The notes beneath the pieces are model-generated. The model was not told where the DNA came from. It saw only the letters and a program-made list of their open reading frames with translations, and did not search any database. From assembly GCF_018350175.1 (NCBI RefSeq), contig NC_058368.1, positions 113,090,001 to 113,154,000 on the forward strand: a stretch of 64,000 bases of DNA, written 5' to 3'. Positions 36,392-49,131 of this stretch are shown in pieces. Each line of letters opens with the position of its first letter. Position 1 is the first letter of the stretch. The translations under genes and the position numbers were made by a program. This DNA comes from Felis catus. Lineage: Eukaryota.

Positions 36392-36439
36392 CACTTGCAG
36401 AATTACATCCTAGTTCAATTCTAAGCTTCTTTCCCTACT

Positions 36440-36645
36440 CTGCATTCTCACGGCACCTTGTATATCCGCTACCCTCATCTCTGTCATAATTGTACATTCA
36501 AACTCTCTTTTTCTACACTGGCCTCCAGACAGGGACAGTGTGTTACATGCTGTGTCATATATATGGGCCTAGTTATACACTTGCTCCAAGGCCTCGCGCT
36601 GTGCTTAGCACACAGCAGGCACTCAGTAAATGTTCACTGAATGAC
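36440..36645 (+). mobile_element. L2 3' end
   Basis: ggcctcgcgctgtgcttagcacacagcaggcactcagtaaatgttcactgaatga L2 terminus. Confidence 0.7.
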
Positions 36646-39600
36646 AACTCCTTTGTAAAAGGCAACATTGAAATACAGTCATACATTGCTAATTAATACG
36701 TAAACAAATCTATTAACAGCCCATGTATGAAATGTCTACGTGGAGGAGAATAAGAAATTCACATGTGACCACGCGTTGGGCTGCTTCATGAGCACCCCTC
36801 CTCCAAGAAACCGTGTGCAACATTGTGTTGTCTTCACTGTGCGACGGTAAAGGGGCAGCTGCTTGTCCTTACTTCACATGGACGTCCTGCAAGCTTCACC
36901 CGGTGGTCTGTCCATGCCTCTGGTATGTGAAATCACAGAGAAAAGACGAGGCAGGAGGCTGGCGAAGTTTTCCTTTACAGTTTATCAAGGCGAATACTGG
37001 CACCTCAATTTTTATTAAAAAAAGAAGAAGAAAATGCAAGCAAAGATAATGTGGAGTTTGGGTTCCAAAACACAGATAAACAGTGGGAGTAATGTGGTTC
37101 TGCTGTAAACACAGATAATGTGTTATGACCAGAGAAGCCCAGTATCTCAGGGGTGGAATGAATCTGAGAGGTTATCCATTTCAGTGAAATTACATTTGCT
37201 ATAACATAGAAGTCTGCAGTAGATCACTTATCGCCGTGGGTGAGTTTTCAGAGAGGGATAAAACTGTACTTGGGTCCTGGGAGGGAGGAAGGACAGGTGG
37301 GATTTGTGGGGAAAATGAGGTAAAATGAGCCCCCTTGTCTTGCCTGCCTGTGGTCATGTTTTCATGTCTTTCCAATGGGCAGTACACCAGCAGGCCCTGG
37401 GAGACCCCTCTGACAGGAGTGAGGCAGGACCACCATGCACATGCGCGACAGTGTGGTCACTGCATGAGCTGGAACGCCCTGTGCCCTGTCTCATCGATCC
37501 CTGGAAATCTGCGAGTTGCTTCGTTCTCCATTGCCAGGCAATGCCACAGTGTAGTAGGCAATCAAAGAAAGTGTATTGAATTGATAAGATTAGATGCGTT
37601 TTTTTTTTTCCCACGTGGAAATAAGGAGATGGTCCTTTATTTGAAAATGGTAAATGGCTTTGGAAGATGGGGAGAAAGACAGTAAGTGTGTATATCTCTT
37701 TATGTCTGAATTGCTCTTTGGGATTTGGAGTATGATATTTGCCCTGCTTGATAAATAAGACTGGAGACCTAGGGACCGAATAGAAAGTGAGTGTTAGGCT
37801 CATTATTGCTCTACTCGTAGGGGAGTATTGTGTATCACTAGTTTCCCATTAGAAGGGAATGAGTAGACCAGAAGGCAGGGAAGCAAAAAAGTGATTCCAT
37901 AACCTTCTGTCATGCATACTGTGTTTTTGTCAATAAGCTGTCTTCGGTTTTGTGGTTCTGCCCTCAGTCGTGGTCTCTGGGGATTCCCTTCATCCGTGCA
38001 GGGCCTCTTGGAAGGGCAGGCCTGGCCAGTGAGCAGTGGGCAGCCAGCTCCTGGGAGAGGAGCTGGGGGTGAAGAACAAGGAGAAAAAATATCCAGAAGT
38101 TCCAACACAGACTCCACAACCATATGCAGTGATTTGCCAAACGGGCAACTAAGAGACTCCCTGTGGTGAACGCCCTTGAAGGGGTCCTCATCTGTTCCTT
38201 GCTCTCAGTCATCTCTGACCAAGACATTTTTGTTTGATGAATGCAGTCCATGTTTTGGGGTGTGTGAGTGTGTGTGTGTGTGTGTACCCATCTTCTGCCC
38301 CTAAGGGTTTAGCTGCTAGTCTGTTCAGGCTTCTGTCTATTCGCCACCGCAAAAGACACATGCTCATTACCAGATGGTAACAATTTTTCACCGAAGAGAT
38401 GTTTTTCACAAATGAAGCTCCCCCGGCGTATGTTAAGTAGGGCTTGCTAATACACGAAACTTGAGGAATGTTCTGTCTAAAACAAGGTCCACTTTGAATA
38501 CAAATCCTATTCTCATCTGTCTTTCTCTGGCCAGCTGCGTTTAGCCTTGACCTGGTAGCGTATTTGTACTACGAGGGACTTAGCCTGTTAGGTCCGGTCC
38601 TCTCTTTACACATGAAGAAACTGAGGCCAGAGAAGGCCAAGTGACTTATTTACCCAGGGTCACAAAGTGATCTAGGACAAAGGTGGACTGGACCTCCGGT
38701 GTCGCGAAGCATGAAGCCCCGTGACATTCCACTTTGCTCTGGCGGTCTCCCTATGTTGCCAGTGTTCAGTTCATCCCCTGGCTGCCTCAGGCCCCTCTCG
38801 CCTGGCTGAATCTAAACTGAGACACACTTTATTTCGTTTCCGATGAAGTTTTTCCATGTGGTCCTTTATATAATTGGTCCGCAGCTTGAAGAAAAAAATG
38901 TATGCTGGTGTCAGGGGGTAAACCCTCTGCCTGTTCCAAAGTTAGCTTTCTGCCCACTGCGTGTTTCAGCTGCAGAGCCAAGTAAATCTAGGACAAACGC
39001 TCTCATGAATCACTGATGGGGTCTGTAGAGAAGGATGTTTCCAGGACCTCAGAGGCCTGGCTTAAGAAATGCAAGTCGTTTTAGGAAAAGAGAAAAGCTG
39101 CCACTTTTTAAACCAATACTTTGTCCACCCCCCGAGTCTCTGACCCACAAGCACAATATTAACTCGAGCAAACCTGATCCGCTCAGCTTCACCAGGCTTG
39201 CCATCTCAAATCCCCAACCAGCAACGTGTCACATCTGACGAGCAACGCCATTTGGAGGCAGAAGGCAGGACAAAAGAGTAAGAATAACAAGCTGAGGAGA
39301 AGCCAGCAAGGCAGGGGAGAGAGATGCTCTGTAATGGTGAGGAGCACCGGAGTTACAGGCAAGAAGTTCAAGGGTGTCACAAAGTCTCATCTCCCTGCCA
39401 TGTTCCTCCGCATGGCATAGGTGTGGGCTACTGCGAGTATGTAGGTTGCAAGGGCCGCAAGGAACTGAAGGCACCGAACTCAGCTTGTAAATCCTTGGGA
39501 TGAAGAAAGCAAGGCTTCAGAATCGGAGGCTAATCAGCCATTTGAGAAACGCAGGACCAGCCTTTACCCTTGCGCTTTGAGCCTGTACTGGGTCCTTCTG

Positions 39601-41529
39601 AAGAAGCAGGTACTACCTGCGGTGGTGGTGGTGGGGAGTCATCCTAAGCCCTCCCAGCTCTGCTGCGCAGTGCTTTGTACAAGTAGGGAAGATACTGTGG
39701 ACTTGGTGCCTCGCCTACTGTTGTACTGGGTGCTCTTTCCATGCATTATGCATTCATTTATTCTTCCCCAATAGCCCATTTTAAGAAACTTAGTGTCCCT
39801 GTCTTCCAAATGAAGAATCAGAGCTCTGCAAAGTTAGAAATCTTTCCCGGTTTACATGTGTGTAAAAGAGAAAAGCCTACCTTCAAACCGTGGTCTCTCT
39901 GGCCCTAGAACCCGTAGTCTAAATCATTAGGCTAATGCTCTCTCGCGGTATTTTGCTCTACGAGAACTTGCAGACCCTCTTGGCAGTCATGCTTGGGTGC
40001 TTCCAGAGTAATTCAGAGGACCCAGGCTTTGTGGCCAACTTGAAGGGTATTTATGATGCTCTGGAGTACATTTCTTCCCTCCCTCCACTCTCCCATCCTC
40101 CTTCCCTTTCTCTTCTTCACTTTATTCTTTCCATTCCTTCTTTCTTTGCCTCAACACTTACTGGACACTCCCCATGACCCCAAGCAATACTGTTGAAACC
40201 AGTATTTGATTCCCTGTGTCAAGACGCTTCCTATTGGGGGGCAAAGGTCACACCGTCTCTTTTTGCCATTTCACACTCTTTGCTTATCGGAACTTTCTTC
40301 AAGGATCCAATATTAAAGCATAAATGGTTGCCAAGTCTCATAAAGGAAGTGCCAAGAATTGTCCATAAAGAAATATCACCCAGAGGCCAAGACCACTGAA
40401 GAAATCAGATCAAAGTGGAGATTAAGACACCGAAGAAAGGAGTCAGTCACCAGGAAGAACTGAGGGTGTCATTATAGTCAAGAAGGGGCTGTGGGAAGAA
40501 GACATACTGGTAGACTGAGCACACGAACCTCTTCAGCTGACTTTTAACCCACCAGCTAGCAATGCTCTTTCTTCTCCCAAGGCTGCCCCCTGCAGCCCAG
40601 CCCTATAAATGACCATGTGGTCTTCTTCCCACACCCCACTCACCATCTTTGTTTAGCTGATCTGGATTGCTGATGTACGTCTTGCCCAGCCTGCCTTGAT
40701 TGACTTATCCAGACCCTGGACAAGGAGTTCTGTGGACGCCTGCTCTCCACCTCCTTCCTCACCACAAGAAAGTGTATGGGGGAATCAGACCTAGAAGTGG
40801 ACATTCCCAGAAGTAGTCTCAGAATTTGTGGTTTCTCATTCTTGGGGTGAAGAGAGAGGGGCTCAGGGAAATTCCATTCCAAGCCATGGAATTACAGAAA
40901 CAGCCACTGCCACTGAGAACCATCTCTCCCCATTCCTGTTTCATTAGCTCAGCTCCAAATGACTTAACTAGAACAGACAAAGGCTCATTAAAATATCATG
41001 TTGGATGAGATGTAATTCTCAGAATAATGTTAACATCAAACAAGCAATTGGGAAGCAGCATGGCTCTGGTATTGCAAGTGAGGAGGTATTTTGCAAGGTA
41101 AGCACTCGTCTTACCAATGGGGTTTGGATGCCGGGTGGAGAGAAAATGATGATGGAAGAAGAGGCTGTTGCTCTGAGGATTGAAACTCCATGTTGACTAA
41201 ACCCAGCTGTATCTAGTCAGCCCTATTCTCCCAATATTTGGCTTCTCAAAATGTAATTCTTTTTTAAACCTAAATCTACTAATTACGTCTTCTTTAAGTT
41301 GACTGGTCAGCAATTCTTCCTTACAAATCAACCAACCACTTTGAAGAGAAGCTGCCGAGTTAGCTTTAGAGCCGGGCAGAGTCCTCTTTCCTGTAGAGAT
41401 GACCAGTCAGTCGTGATGCAGTATGGGAAATAATCACCAAGGCAAAAGAATTCCAGAGGCAGCTAGCTGGGTGTAGTATAAACAACCTTGCCTCAAGTTA
41501 GAGCTAACTTTTGGTACTAGCTCAGTCAC

Positions 41530-41970
41530 TATACTGGGTTAAACAGTGCACCCCCAAACTTTACGTATGTACAGAACCTCAAAATGGGACTTTATTTGAG
41601 GATAGCGTCTTTGCAGACATAATTAGTCAAGATGAGGTCTTACTGGATTAGGATGGGCTATAGTGCTCACTGGTGTCCTTATAAGAAGAGGAGAAGCCCA
41701 CAGAGACATATAGAAGGAGGAAGGGCCATGTGAAGACAGAGGCAGAGGTTGACATGATGCACTCCAGCCCAAGGAATGCCAAGGGTTTCCGGGAGCCACC
41801 AGAAGATAAGAGGAGACAAGAAAGGATTCTTCCTTAAAACCTTCAGAGTGAGCATGGCCCTTTCAATATTTTTTTAAATCTAGTATTAAGAACTGTGAGA
41901 GTACATTTCTTTTGGTGTAAGCCACTGAGTTTGTAGTAATTTGTTATGGCAGTCCTGAGACAGTGATACA
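41530..41970 (+). mobile_element. MaLR solo LTR (MLT1C-like) inserted in a MIR
   Basis: cagaacctcaaaatgggactttatttgaggatagcgtctttgcagacataattag...ggtgtccttataagaagagg...gccatgtgaagacagaggcagag...tttgttatggcagtcctgagacagtgataca. Confidence 0.88.
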
Positions 41971-42869
41971 GCCCCTCATCAGCTGAGGAAGCTTGAACTC
42001 ATTTTTTATCCTCTCTAGTCATCAATTTCTTTCTCTAGGCCAGAATTTAGGCCTCACTGTATGCTAAGTCATGTAATCACTCTATTTCCTCATTTTAAAA
42101 TGAGAGTAATATAACTTATTTTTTTGAATAACGAGAATTAGTGTTTACCTGTTTGGAACATTTAGTACGTCATAAGCACTTACAGGCATCTCACTATTTG
42201 TTATCTATTTTTGTATCCTGACTTGATCTGAAAAGACCACACACACACTTGCACACACTTGCACAGAACTTGATGCTAAGGTTCCCAACATCCAAAAAGA
42301 AACATGACATTTTGTGTAACTGACAGAACCACGGGGCAAATGATCACAGCTTTATCCTGGCAATCTTTGGGAAGATATTAGTGGGCCAGACTGTACACTC
42401 TCCTGGGCCCAGAGTTTTCCTCTACACGTTCCCAGATTTGATTTAGCCTCGTTGGTTATTAAATGTCTTGTATGGTGTACAAGGCTCACGGTAGCAGAAA
42501 TAAGGAAAGACCCAATTTCTGTCCAGAAAGAGCTGCCAGTCCAATGGTAGGGTACTGAATGGAGGTCATTCATACAGGCCTACAAGAAACTGACCTAAGG
42601 CAGAATAGTATTGTGTCCTCTGTCCTTGGAAGGTTGAAAGCATGATAGATAAATCAATAGCATTCTGAAACAAAACAAACCCATTGTCTTAACTTGCAGC
42701 CAGGGGAAGCATTTCTCACCAAGCAGTGGCTGCTCCAAGCCTCTCACCTCCTGCCCCAATGTAATGCCCAACTAGGGGAGTTCAAAGGATAAGGGGCTTC
42801 ATTGTCTTGAAAAATCTACTGTGAGGATTTCCATTTCTAAGACTGTCGAAATCTAGGAATTGAAGCAAG

Positions 42870-43320
42870 AAACACTGTGCTAAGTGGTGGGAATATATAC
42901 TGGTGGATAAAAACAGATAAGATCCTTGCTCTGATGAAGATTATACTCGAGCAGGAGAGACAGACATAAGTTTTTTATCACCAAATCAATGGGTAAAAAC
43001 CGTTCTATACTATAAAAGCAAATAATAAAGAGGTTTTTTAGTTGGGGAAGTCTGGGGAGGTTGTCATGAAGAAATGATGTTTGAGCTGAGATCCGAAGGG
43101 TGAATAAAATTTATCTAGGTTGGTAGGGGAGAAAAGGACATCCCAGATAGAATATACAGCATGTACAAAGGCTCTGAGATGGACAGAGCTTCACTAGGAG
43201 AGAGGACTGAATAGAACCCAATGTCAGTGCTTTGGAAAGAGCAAGTCAAGTCTTGGAGGGAATATGAAGCTGTTGAGTTAGAAGCCAACAAGACCCTGCA
43301 GGACCTTGTCAGTCACGTGA
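42870..43320 (-). mobile_element. L2 fragment
   Basis: cactgtgctaagtggtgggaata...gaagaaatgatgtttgagctgagatccgaagggtgaata...cagcatgtacaaaggctctgag. Confidence 0.75.
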
Positions 43321-43323
43321 AGG

Positions 43324-43546
43324 TTTTTTTTTTCAATAATTTTCTTTTTTTAATGTGTATTTATTCATTTTGAGAGAGACAGAGTGAGCATGAGCAGGGG
43401 AGTGGCAGAGAGAGAGGGAGAGAAAGAATCCCAAGCAGGCTCTGTGCACTTAGTGCAGAGCATGACACAGGGCTCAACCATGACATCATGACCCGAGCTG
43501 AGATCAAGAGTCAGACGCTTAACTGATTAGGCCACGCAGGTGTCCC
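43324..43546 (-). mobile_element. Can-SINE (older subfamily)
   Basis: gaatcccaagcaggctctgtgc...gagctgagatcaagagtcagacgcttaactga...ggtgtccc. Confidence 0.92.
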
Positions 43547-43585
43547 GAGGTTTGCTTTTATCCCAACAGAAGCCATTTGTGAGTT

Positions 43586-43746
43586 CAGAAGTTTGCTACG
43601 CAGTGTGGTCTATGGATCAGCAGCATGAGCATCACCAAGGAAGGTGCTAGAAAGGCAGAATCTCCGGTCCACCCCACACCCACTGAAACGGAATCTGTTT
43701 CCCAGGTGTTTCCCTGGTGTGCATATTAAAGTTTGAGAAGCACTGG
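43586..43746. mobile_element. MER5A hAT-Charlie MITE
   Basis: gtgtggtctatggatcagcagcatgagcatcacc...tagaaaggcagaatctccggtccacccc...attaaagtttgagaagcactg. Confidence 0.85.
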
Positions 43747-45939
43747 TGTAGAACATTTTCAGGTAGCGTAGGAATTGCCAAGTGTGGAAATCGACTCAAA
43801 ACACTTGTGTTATTAAGTGTATGTGTACGTATGCGTGTATCAGGGAGGGATGACAATAAATCCCGTCAAAGAAACCTGGTTAATGGCAGCACATATCATT
43901 ATGTTGTTGTTCTACATACACTTTCCTTGAGAACAGTAACTGCTTTTTTCCACTACGTCAGGGCTCCTCTGTGCACTTGGGACAGTTCTCAGTATGTTCA
44001 ATGTGCTCCATAATCAGCGCAAGACCTGAGGACGTCTCTGTCCGTGGTGGCACATCTGAGGCACTCAGACACAGTGCCTGGGTGGGCCCAGTTCCCACCT
44101 CTGAAAGGCGTCTTTAATCAGCCAGGCTCCTTTCCACTCTGAGTTTAGACATGGCCTGAGACTCCCCACACCGTTCTTGAGTGTATACCAATTGATCTGA
44201 TTAGACACACAACATTAAATCATCCTGCCGCCCCTCATTTCTCTGAGCAAGGCATGAAAACGAATTTCAGTTACAATCGATATTTCTGAAGATTCAGATG
44301 TAGTTGCCCAGGATCCTTCAGGCCTGCAAGCCTCATTGCTTGGCCACAAGAGGCAGTGGTGGTCACACAACAGGATCTCCAACCAAATGAGGGAGAATAG
44401 ATACCAGCTCTGAGAGCTTGCTTCTCACAGAGGCACCAGTGGCTCACTCAGGAAGGAAGAGTGGAGACTCCTCCAAGAAACTTTGTTCTTTTGAGCTGCC
44501 TCTGGGTCTGCAAGAAAGGATGGCTGGAAGCTGGTTAGAAAGGCAACTTAGCTGGACAAGTTCAGCTACCACAAGCTTAGACTGAGATGGAAAACCTGTC
44601 AGACACCACAGAATGAATCCTGACTCTTTGAACCAAGCAAGATTCCCGGCCTCTTGAGTAGCCGGCTTCGTTTTCCCCTCAATTGTTTGTAAAAGAATAG
44701 ATGAATCTTTCTCTCCTCCAGTGCGTGTGTAGAGGTGAGTGAGAAAACTGTATTTGCCACCATCTGTGCCAAATCCAATACTTAGTCCTTTCAAGAGCAA
44801 GCATTTTTCTGGACTCTCAGATACATGACTGTAATAAAATGAGATTGATTATGTGTCCAAATGAATCAAGTGCATTATTTCAGAGTTATATAGACTTGTC
44901 CTAGGTCAGCATTAGGTGTATCCATTTGGTAGATTCAAAAAGATCCCTGGGCCCTCCTCTGTTTGAGTTTCCTTTCAGTGAGGGGGCAAGCCAGAGGCTC
45001 AGGACACAGCTCGAGTCCTAAATATCATTGCTACGTAATTAACCGACGTTTATCCGTGTGACATCAGCAAGGACAAATATGTGGCACACTCTAATAAATA
45101 GCAATAATGAATAACATCAAACAACTGAACAGAAAGGTTTGGAATGTGAGGAAGAACCAACAAGAAACAGTCAGCAATAGAGTACATAACAATACAGAAC
45201 ACAGCATAGTTTACTGGGAAGCACAGTATTGCTAACAAAGCCTGCAGGCTCGGAGGAGGGGAGACTTGAGATGAATGTTTACAAATGAAAAAAAAAGTTG
45301 AACTGTTGAGCTAGTCATCCATTAGGTATCTGGGTAGCTAGCCTCTTTGAACATGTTCAGAAAATCTTAGTTGACACTGTGCACCTGGCATCCTGATCAG
45401 TCTTTTCAGGGAGACACTCGAAGAGGGGTCAGGCTGGCATCTCTTGAAAGAAGGATCATCCAAACAGGTAAAGGCTTCTTTCCAAACACCAGAATTCCCA
45501 AGTAACTGCTTTCTCTGCCGTGTTCAGAAAGGTTTACTCTGGATCACAAAAAAGGTAGCAACTAATTCCAGGTTTCATATCTGAGCGCTAGAACTTCTAT
45601 ATTCCCCTGGGAATTATTCTACTGTAGCGTTATTTTATGACTATGTTCAGTTTTATGCATGACATGAAAACCTAACTTTGAGCCACCAAATTCCATGGTG
45701 TTGATTCAATGTATTTTATACATCAGTTAACTCCTCTGGGAAAAGTACTATTGAGATATATTTCTGTGTGACAGAGCTATGATTTTGTTAATATATACAA
45801 AGCCCATTGCTGAACAAAATTCACGTGTCTGAATGTGTTTATTATGCATCTTTGGCTTGAGTGTAAGTCTCTTTATACAATAGGGAACGTGTCAATTTAT
45901 TTATTTGCTTTGTTTCTTTGTTTCTTGAAATAGTAACTT

Positions 45940-47585
45940 CATATGGTGTTTCCATTTTTAATTATTTAAAATATTTTTTTAAGTTTGTTTATTTTGAGAG
46001 AGAGAGAGAGAGCACGCGCAAGCGGGGGGAGGGGCAGACAGAGAGAGGAGAGAGAGAATCCCAATGAGACTCCACATGCTGTCAGTGCAGAATCAGATGA
46101 GGGGCTGGAACCCATGAACGGTGAGATCATGACCTGAGCTGAAATCAAGATTCAGACGCTTAACCAAGTGAGCCACCCAGGTGCCCCTCTCTCTTAATTT
46201 TTTGAGGAAACTTCATACCATTTTCCACGGTGGCTGTGCCAATTTACATTCCCACCAGCAGTGCACAAGTTTTCCTTTTTCTCTGCATCTTTGCCAACAC
46301 TTGTTATTTCTTATCCTTTTGCTTCTCGCCATTCTGACAGGTGTGAGCTGGGATCACATGGTTTTGATTTACATTTCCCTGATAATTAGTGACGTTGAGC
46401 ATCTTTTCATATGTCTCTTGGCCATGAGTATGTTTTCTTTGTAAACATGTCCATTCAGGTCCTCTGCCCATTTTTAAGTTCGATTGTTGGTTGTTTTGCG
46501 GTTGTGTAAGTTATATAGTTTGGGTATTAATTCCTTATCAGATATATCATCTGCACACATCTTCTCCCATTCCGTAGGTTGCCTTTTCATTTTGTTGATG
46601 GTCTCCTTGGCTGTGAAAAAGCTTTTCATTTTGATGTAGTCCCAGTCATTTATTTTTGCTTGCCAGAGGAGACATATCTAGAAAAATGTTGCTATGGCCA
46701 ATATCAGAGAAATTGCCGCCTGTGCTCTCTTCTAGGATTTTTATGGTTTCAAGTCTCACACTTAGGTCCTTAATACATTTTGAATTTATTTTTGTGTAGG
46801 GGGTGAGAACGTGGTCCAGCTTTATTCTTGTGCACAGAGCTGTCCATTTTCCCAGCACCACTTGCTGAAGAGACTGTCTTTTTTTCCGTATGATGCAGTC
46901 ATTCCACTACCAGTTACTTACCCACAAAAGTGAAAACACGAATCCATAGGAAGCTATACGCACTCCTATGTTTATTGCGGCATTAGTTACAATAGACGAG
47001 ATATGGAAGCAACCTAGGTGTCTCTTGATAGATGGAATTGCTAAGCAAGATGCGCGATACACATACATGCGTGCATGCGCACGTGCACCCACATACACGT
47101 ATGTACACAGTGGAATGTTATGTAGGCAGAAAAATGATGAGATCTTGCCATTTGCAACAACCCGGAGGAGCCTCGGGGGTAGTGTGCTAAGTGATACAAG
47201 TCAGACTGAGAAAGACACCTACCACATGACTTCGTTCATATGTGGAATCTAAAGAACAAAACAAAGGAATAGACAAAAAGCAGAATCAGACCTATAAGTA
47301 CAGAGAACAGACTCGTGTTTGCCAGAGCAAAGAAGTATGGGTAAAATGGGCCAAGGGGAGTGGGGAGTACAGGCTTCTAGTCATGGGATGATTGGGTCAC
47401 GGGAATAAAAAGCACAGCATCGGGAATATAGTCACTGATACCGTGATAGCATTGCGGGGAGTTAGGCGATAGCTAGGCTCGTAGTGAGCATAGTGTAATG
47501 TACAGAGAAGTTGAATCACTGTGTTGCGCGTCTGAAAATGATGTAACGTTGCCAATTATACTCGACCAAAAAAAAATTTCATAAA
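45940..47585 (+). mobile_element. Carnivore L1 insertion with 5' inversion (twin priming), containing a SINE
   Basis: 45940-46885 is ORF2 3' sequence on minus; 46886-47585 is the ORF2 end and 3'UTR on plus. Degenerate TSD aaatagtaacttca (45928-45941) / acatagtaacattca (47586-47600). Confidence 0.85.
45968..46187 (-). mobile_element. Can-SINE (older subfamily) inside the inverted L1 segment
   Basis: T tail, GA tract, ...gagctgaaatcaagattcagacgcttaaccaagtgagccacccaggtgcccc. Confidence 0.93.
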
Positions 47586-47606
47586 ACATAGTAACATTCA
47601 GTTGGG

Positions 47607-47760
47607 TTTTCTCTAGCTCTCTTGGGATGTACTTGACATAGAACATTGTGTGACTTTAAGATGTACAGTGTGTTGTTTTGATACACCCACATATCGGGAA
47701 ATGATGACCACAGTAACGTTAGTTAACGCCTTCCATCAACTCATGTAATTCCCCCTGGGT
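47607..47760 (-). mobile_element. L1MA-type 3' terminus
   Basis: ttgacatagaacattgtgtgactttaagatgtacagtgtgttgttttgatacac...aaatgatgaccacagtaacgttagttaacgccttccatc matches L1MA8/9 3' ends. Confidence 0.75.
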
Positions 47761-47769
47761 TTTTGGATG

Positions 47770-48315
47770 GGGCAAGCGAGAAAGAGGCCTCTCTGGCAGT
47801 GTCTTGCCCAGCTAGGGAAGCAGGGTGCTCCCCCACGTGATGTTTTTTCCTCCCATGATGGAAATCATAGTCTGAGAAAAATCTCTCTTGTCCTGAGCTG
47901 TGCCGCCCTAGTGGAGAGATGTGGGAAAAGTCTCTCATGTGTCCAAACCCGTATGGTTTTTGTTGATTGTTTTTTTTCTCCAGTGGAGTGCTGAACTTCT
48001 CGACTGGAAACCTGGACTTCTATTGAGGCTTTCTTGTCAGAGGATGATTGGCTAAGACAGTGTTTTCCCGGGGTTCCTGGACTGTATGTAACTGAGGCTG
48101 GAGCTAGTTCATGAGCCGCTTTGGGGTTCGCTCCTTAGACCAAGGTCCATGTGTGTATTACCCAATGCATGGGTAGGGAGTATTCCTCCTGGGGCACTTG
48201 GCATATGGTTGATGCCAGACCCCTCACAATGACGCTTTTGTCTGTGGATCGATGCCAAATTGTTGCTGAGTGGGGCGCATGGTGAGGGATGTCTTATTCA
48301 GTCATATAGACATAA
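47770..48315 (-). mobile_element. Probable L1M (L1MA-era) 5'UTR terminus
   Basis: ctccagtggagtgctgaacttctcgactggaaacctggacttc and the terminal gagggatgtcttattcagtcat resemble the reverse complement of L1M 5' ends (from memory). Confidence 0.5.
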
Positions 48316-49029
48316 CCTGTCAATTCATTTTCAAAGTTGGTCAAAGCAGTTGTAAATTTCAAACCATGAAAACATCCGGTTGAGGTATGGAATCTAAATG
48401 AATTCTTTGAAATTCACCAGTGCAATGGTTTTAATGAGGGGGAGGATGTATAAAGAAGGCTTTATGCTATTTAGTTCACTTTCTTGAAATGGAGATCTAA
48501 AACTGCAGTGACATGATGTATATTTTAAGTAGTAGATAAAAGTAAATATAAGCCAAGAAACAATATGCTGCTCAATTCTGATCAGAATAGAATAGGAAAA
48601 ATGCATTTAGGTCTGCGCTCCTCTCCTTGACAAACGTAAATATTCACGGGAAAGTGGCCGGGGTGGCAAAATATTTAGAAACTGCATAATGGTAGGAATA
48701 ACAAAGTAGGTTAGCCTGAGTTTAACCCTGGGAGGAAGACTTCAGGGGGTTGGAAAATTACTTCGTGGAAGCAAATTCATTCTGTGTTTTTCTAAGAGGG
48801 CAGAAGCCAGAAAAAAGTCAGCACAATGGCAGAGTTCTCCCGTTATTAGAACTGCCCAGTGTTTGAATTAAGAGTGGCAGTAGCAAGAACCATCTGGTAC
48901 AAAAAAAAGAAAAAAAAAGGGAACTTGGTAATAATAATAGACTTTATTTTTAAGAACAGGTTTAGATGTACCAAAGAATTGTAAAGATAGTACAGGGTTC
49001 CTATATACTCTGTACCCATTTTCCCCTAT

Positions 49030-49131
49030 TATACTCTATAATATTTTATATAATATATAATTATATATTATTAATTATATATAATTTATTTAATATATAA
49101 AATTATATATAATGTATTATATATTATTATA
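49030..49131. repeat. AT-rich low-complexity expansion containing a perfect 20-bp palindrome
   Basis: taatatataattatatatta at 49051-49070 is self-complementary. Confidence 0.9.
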
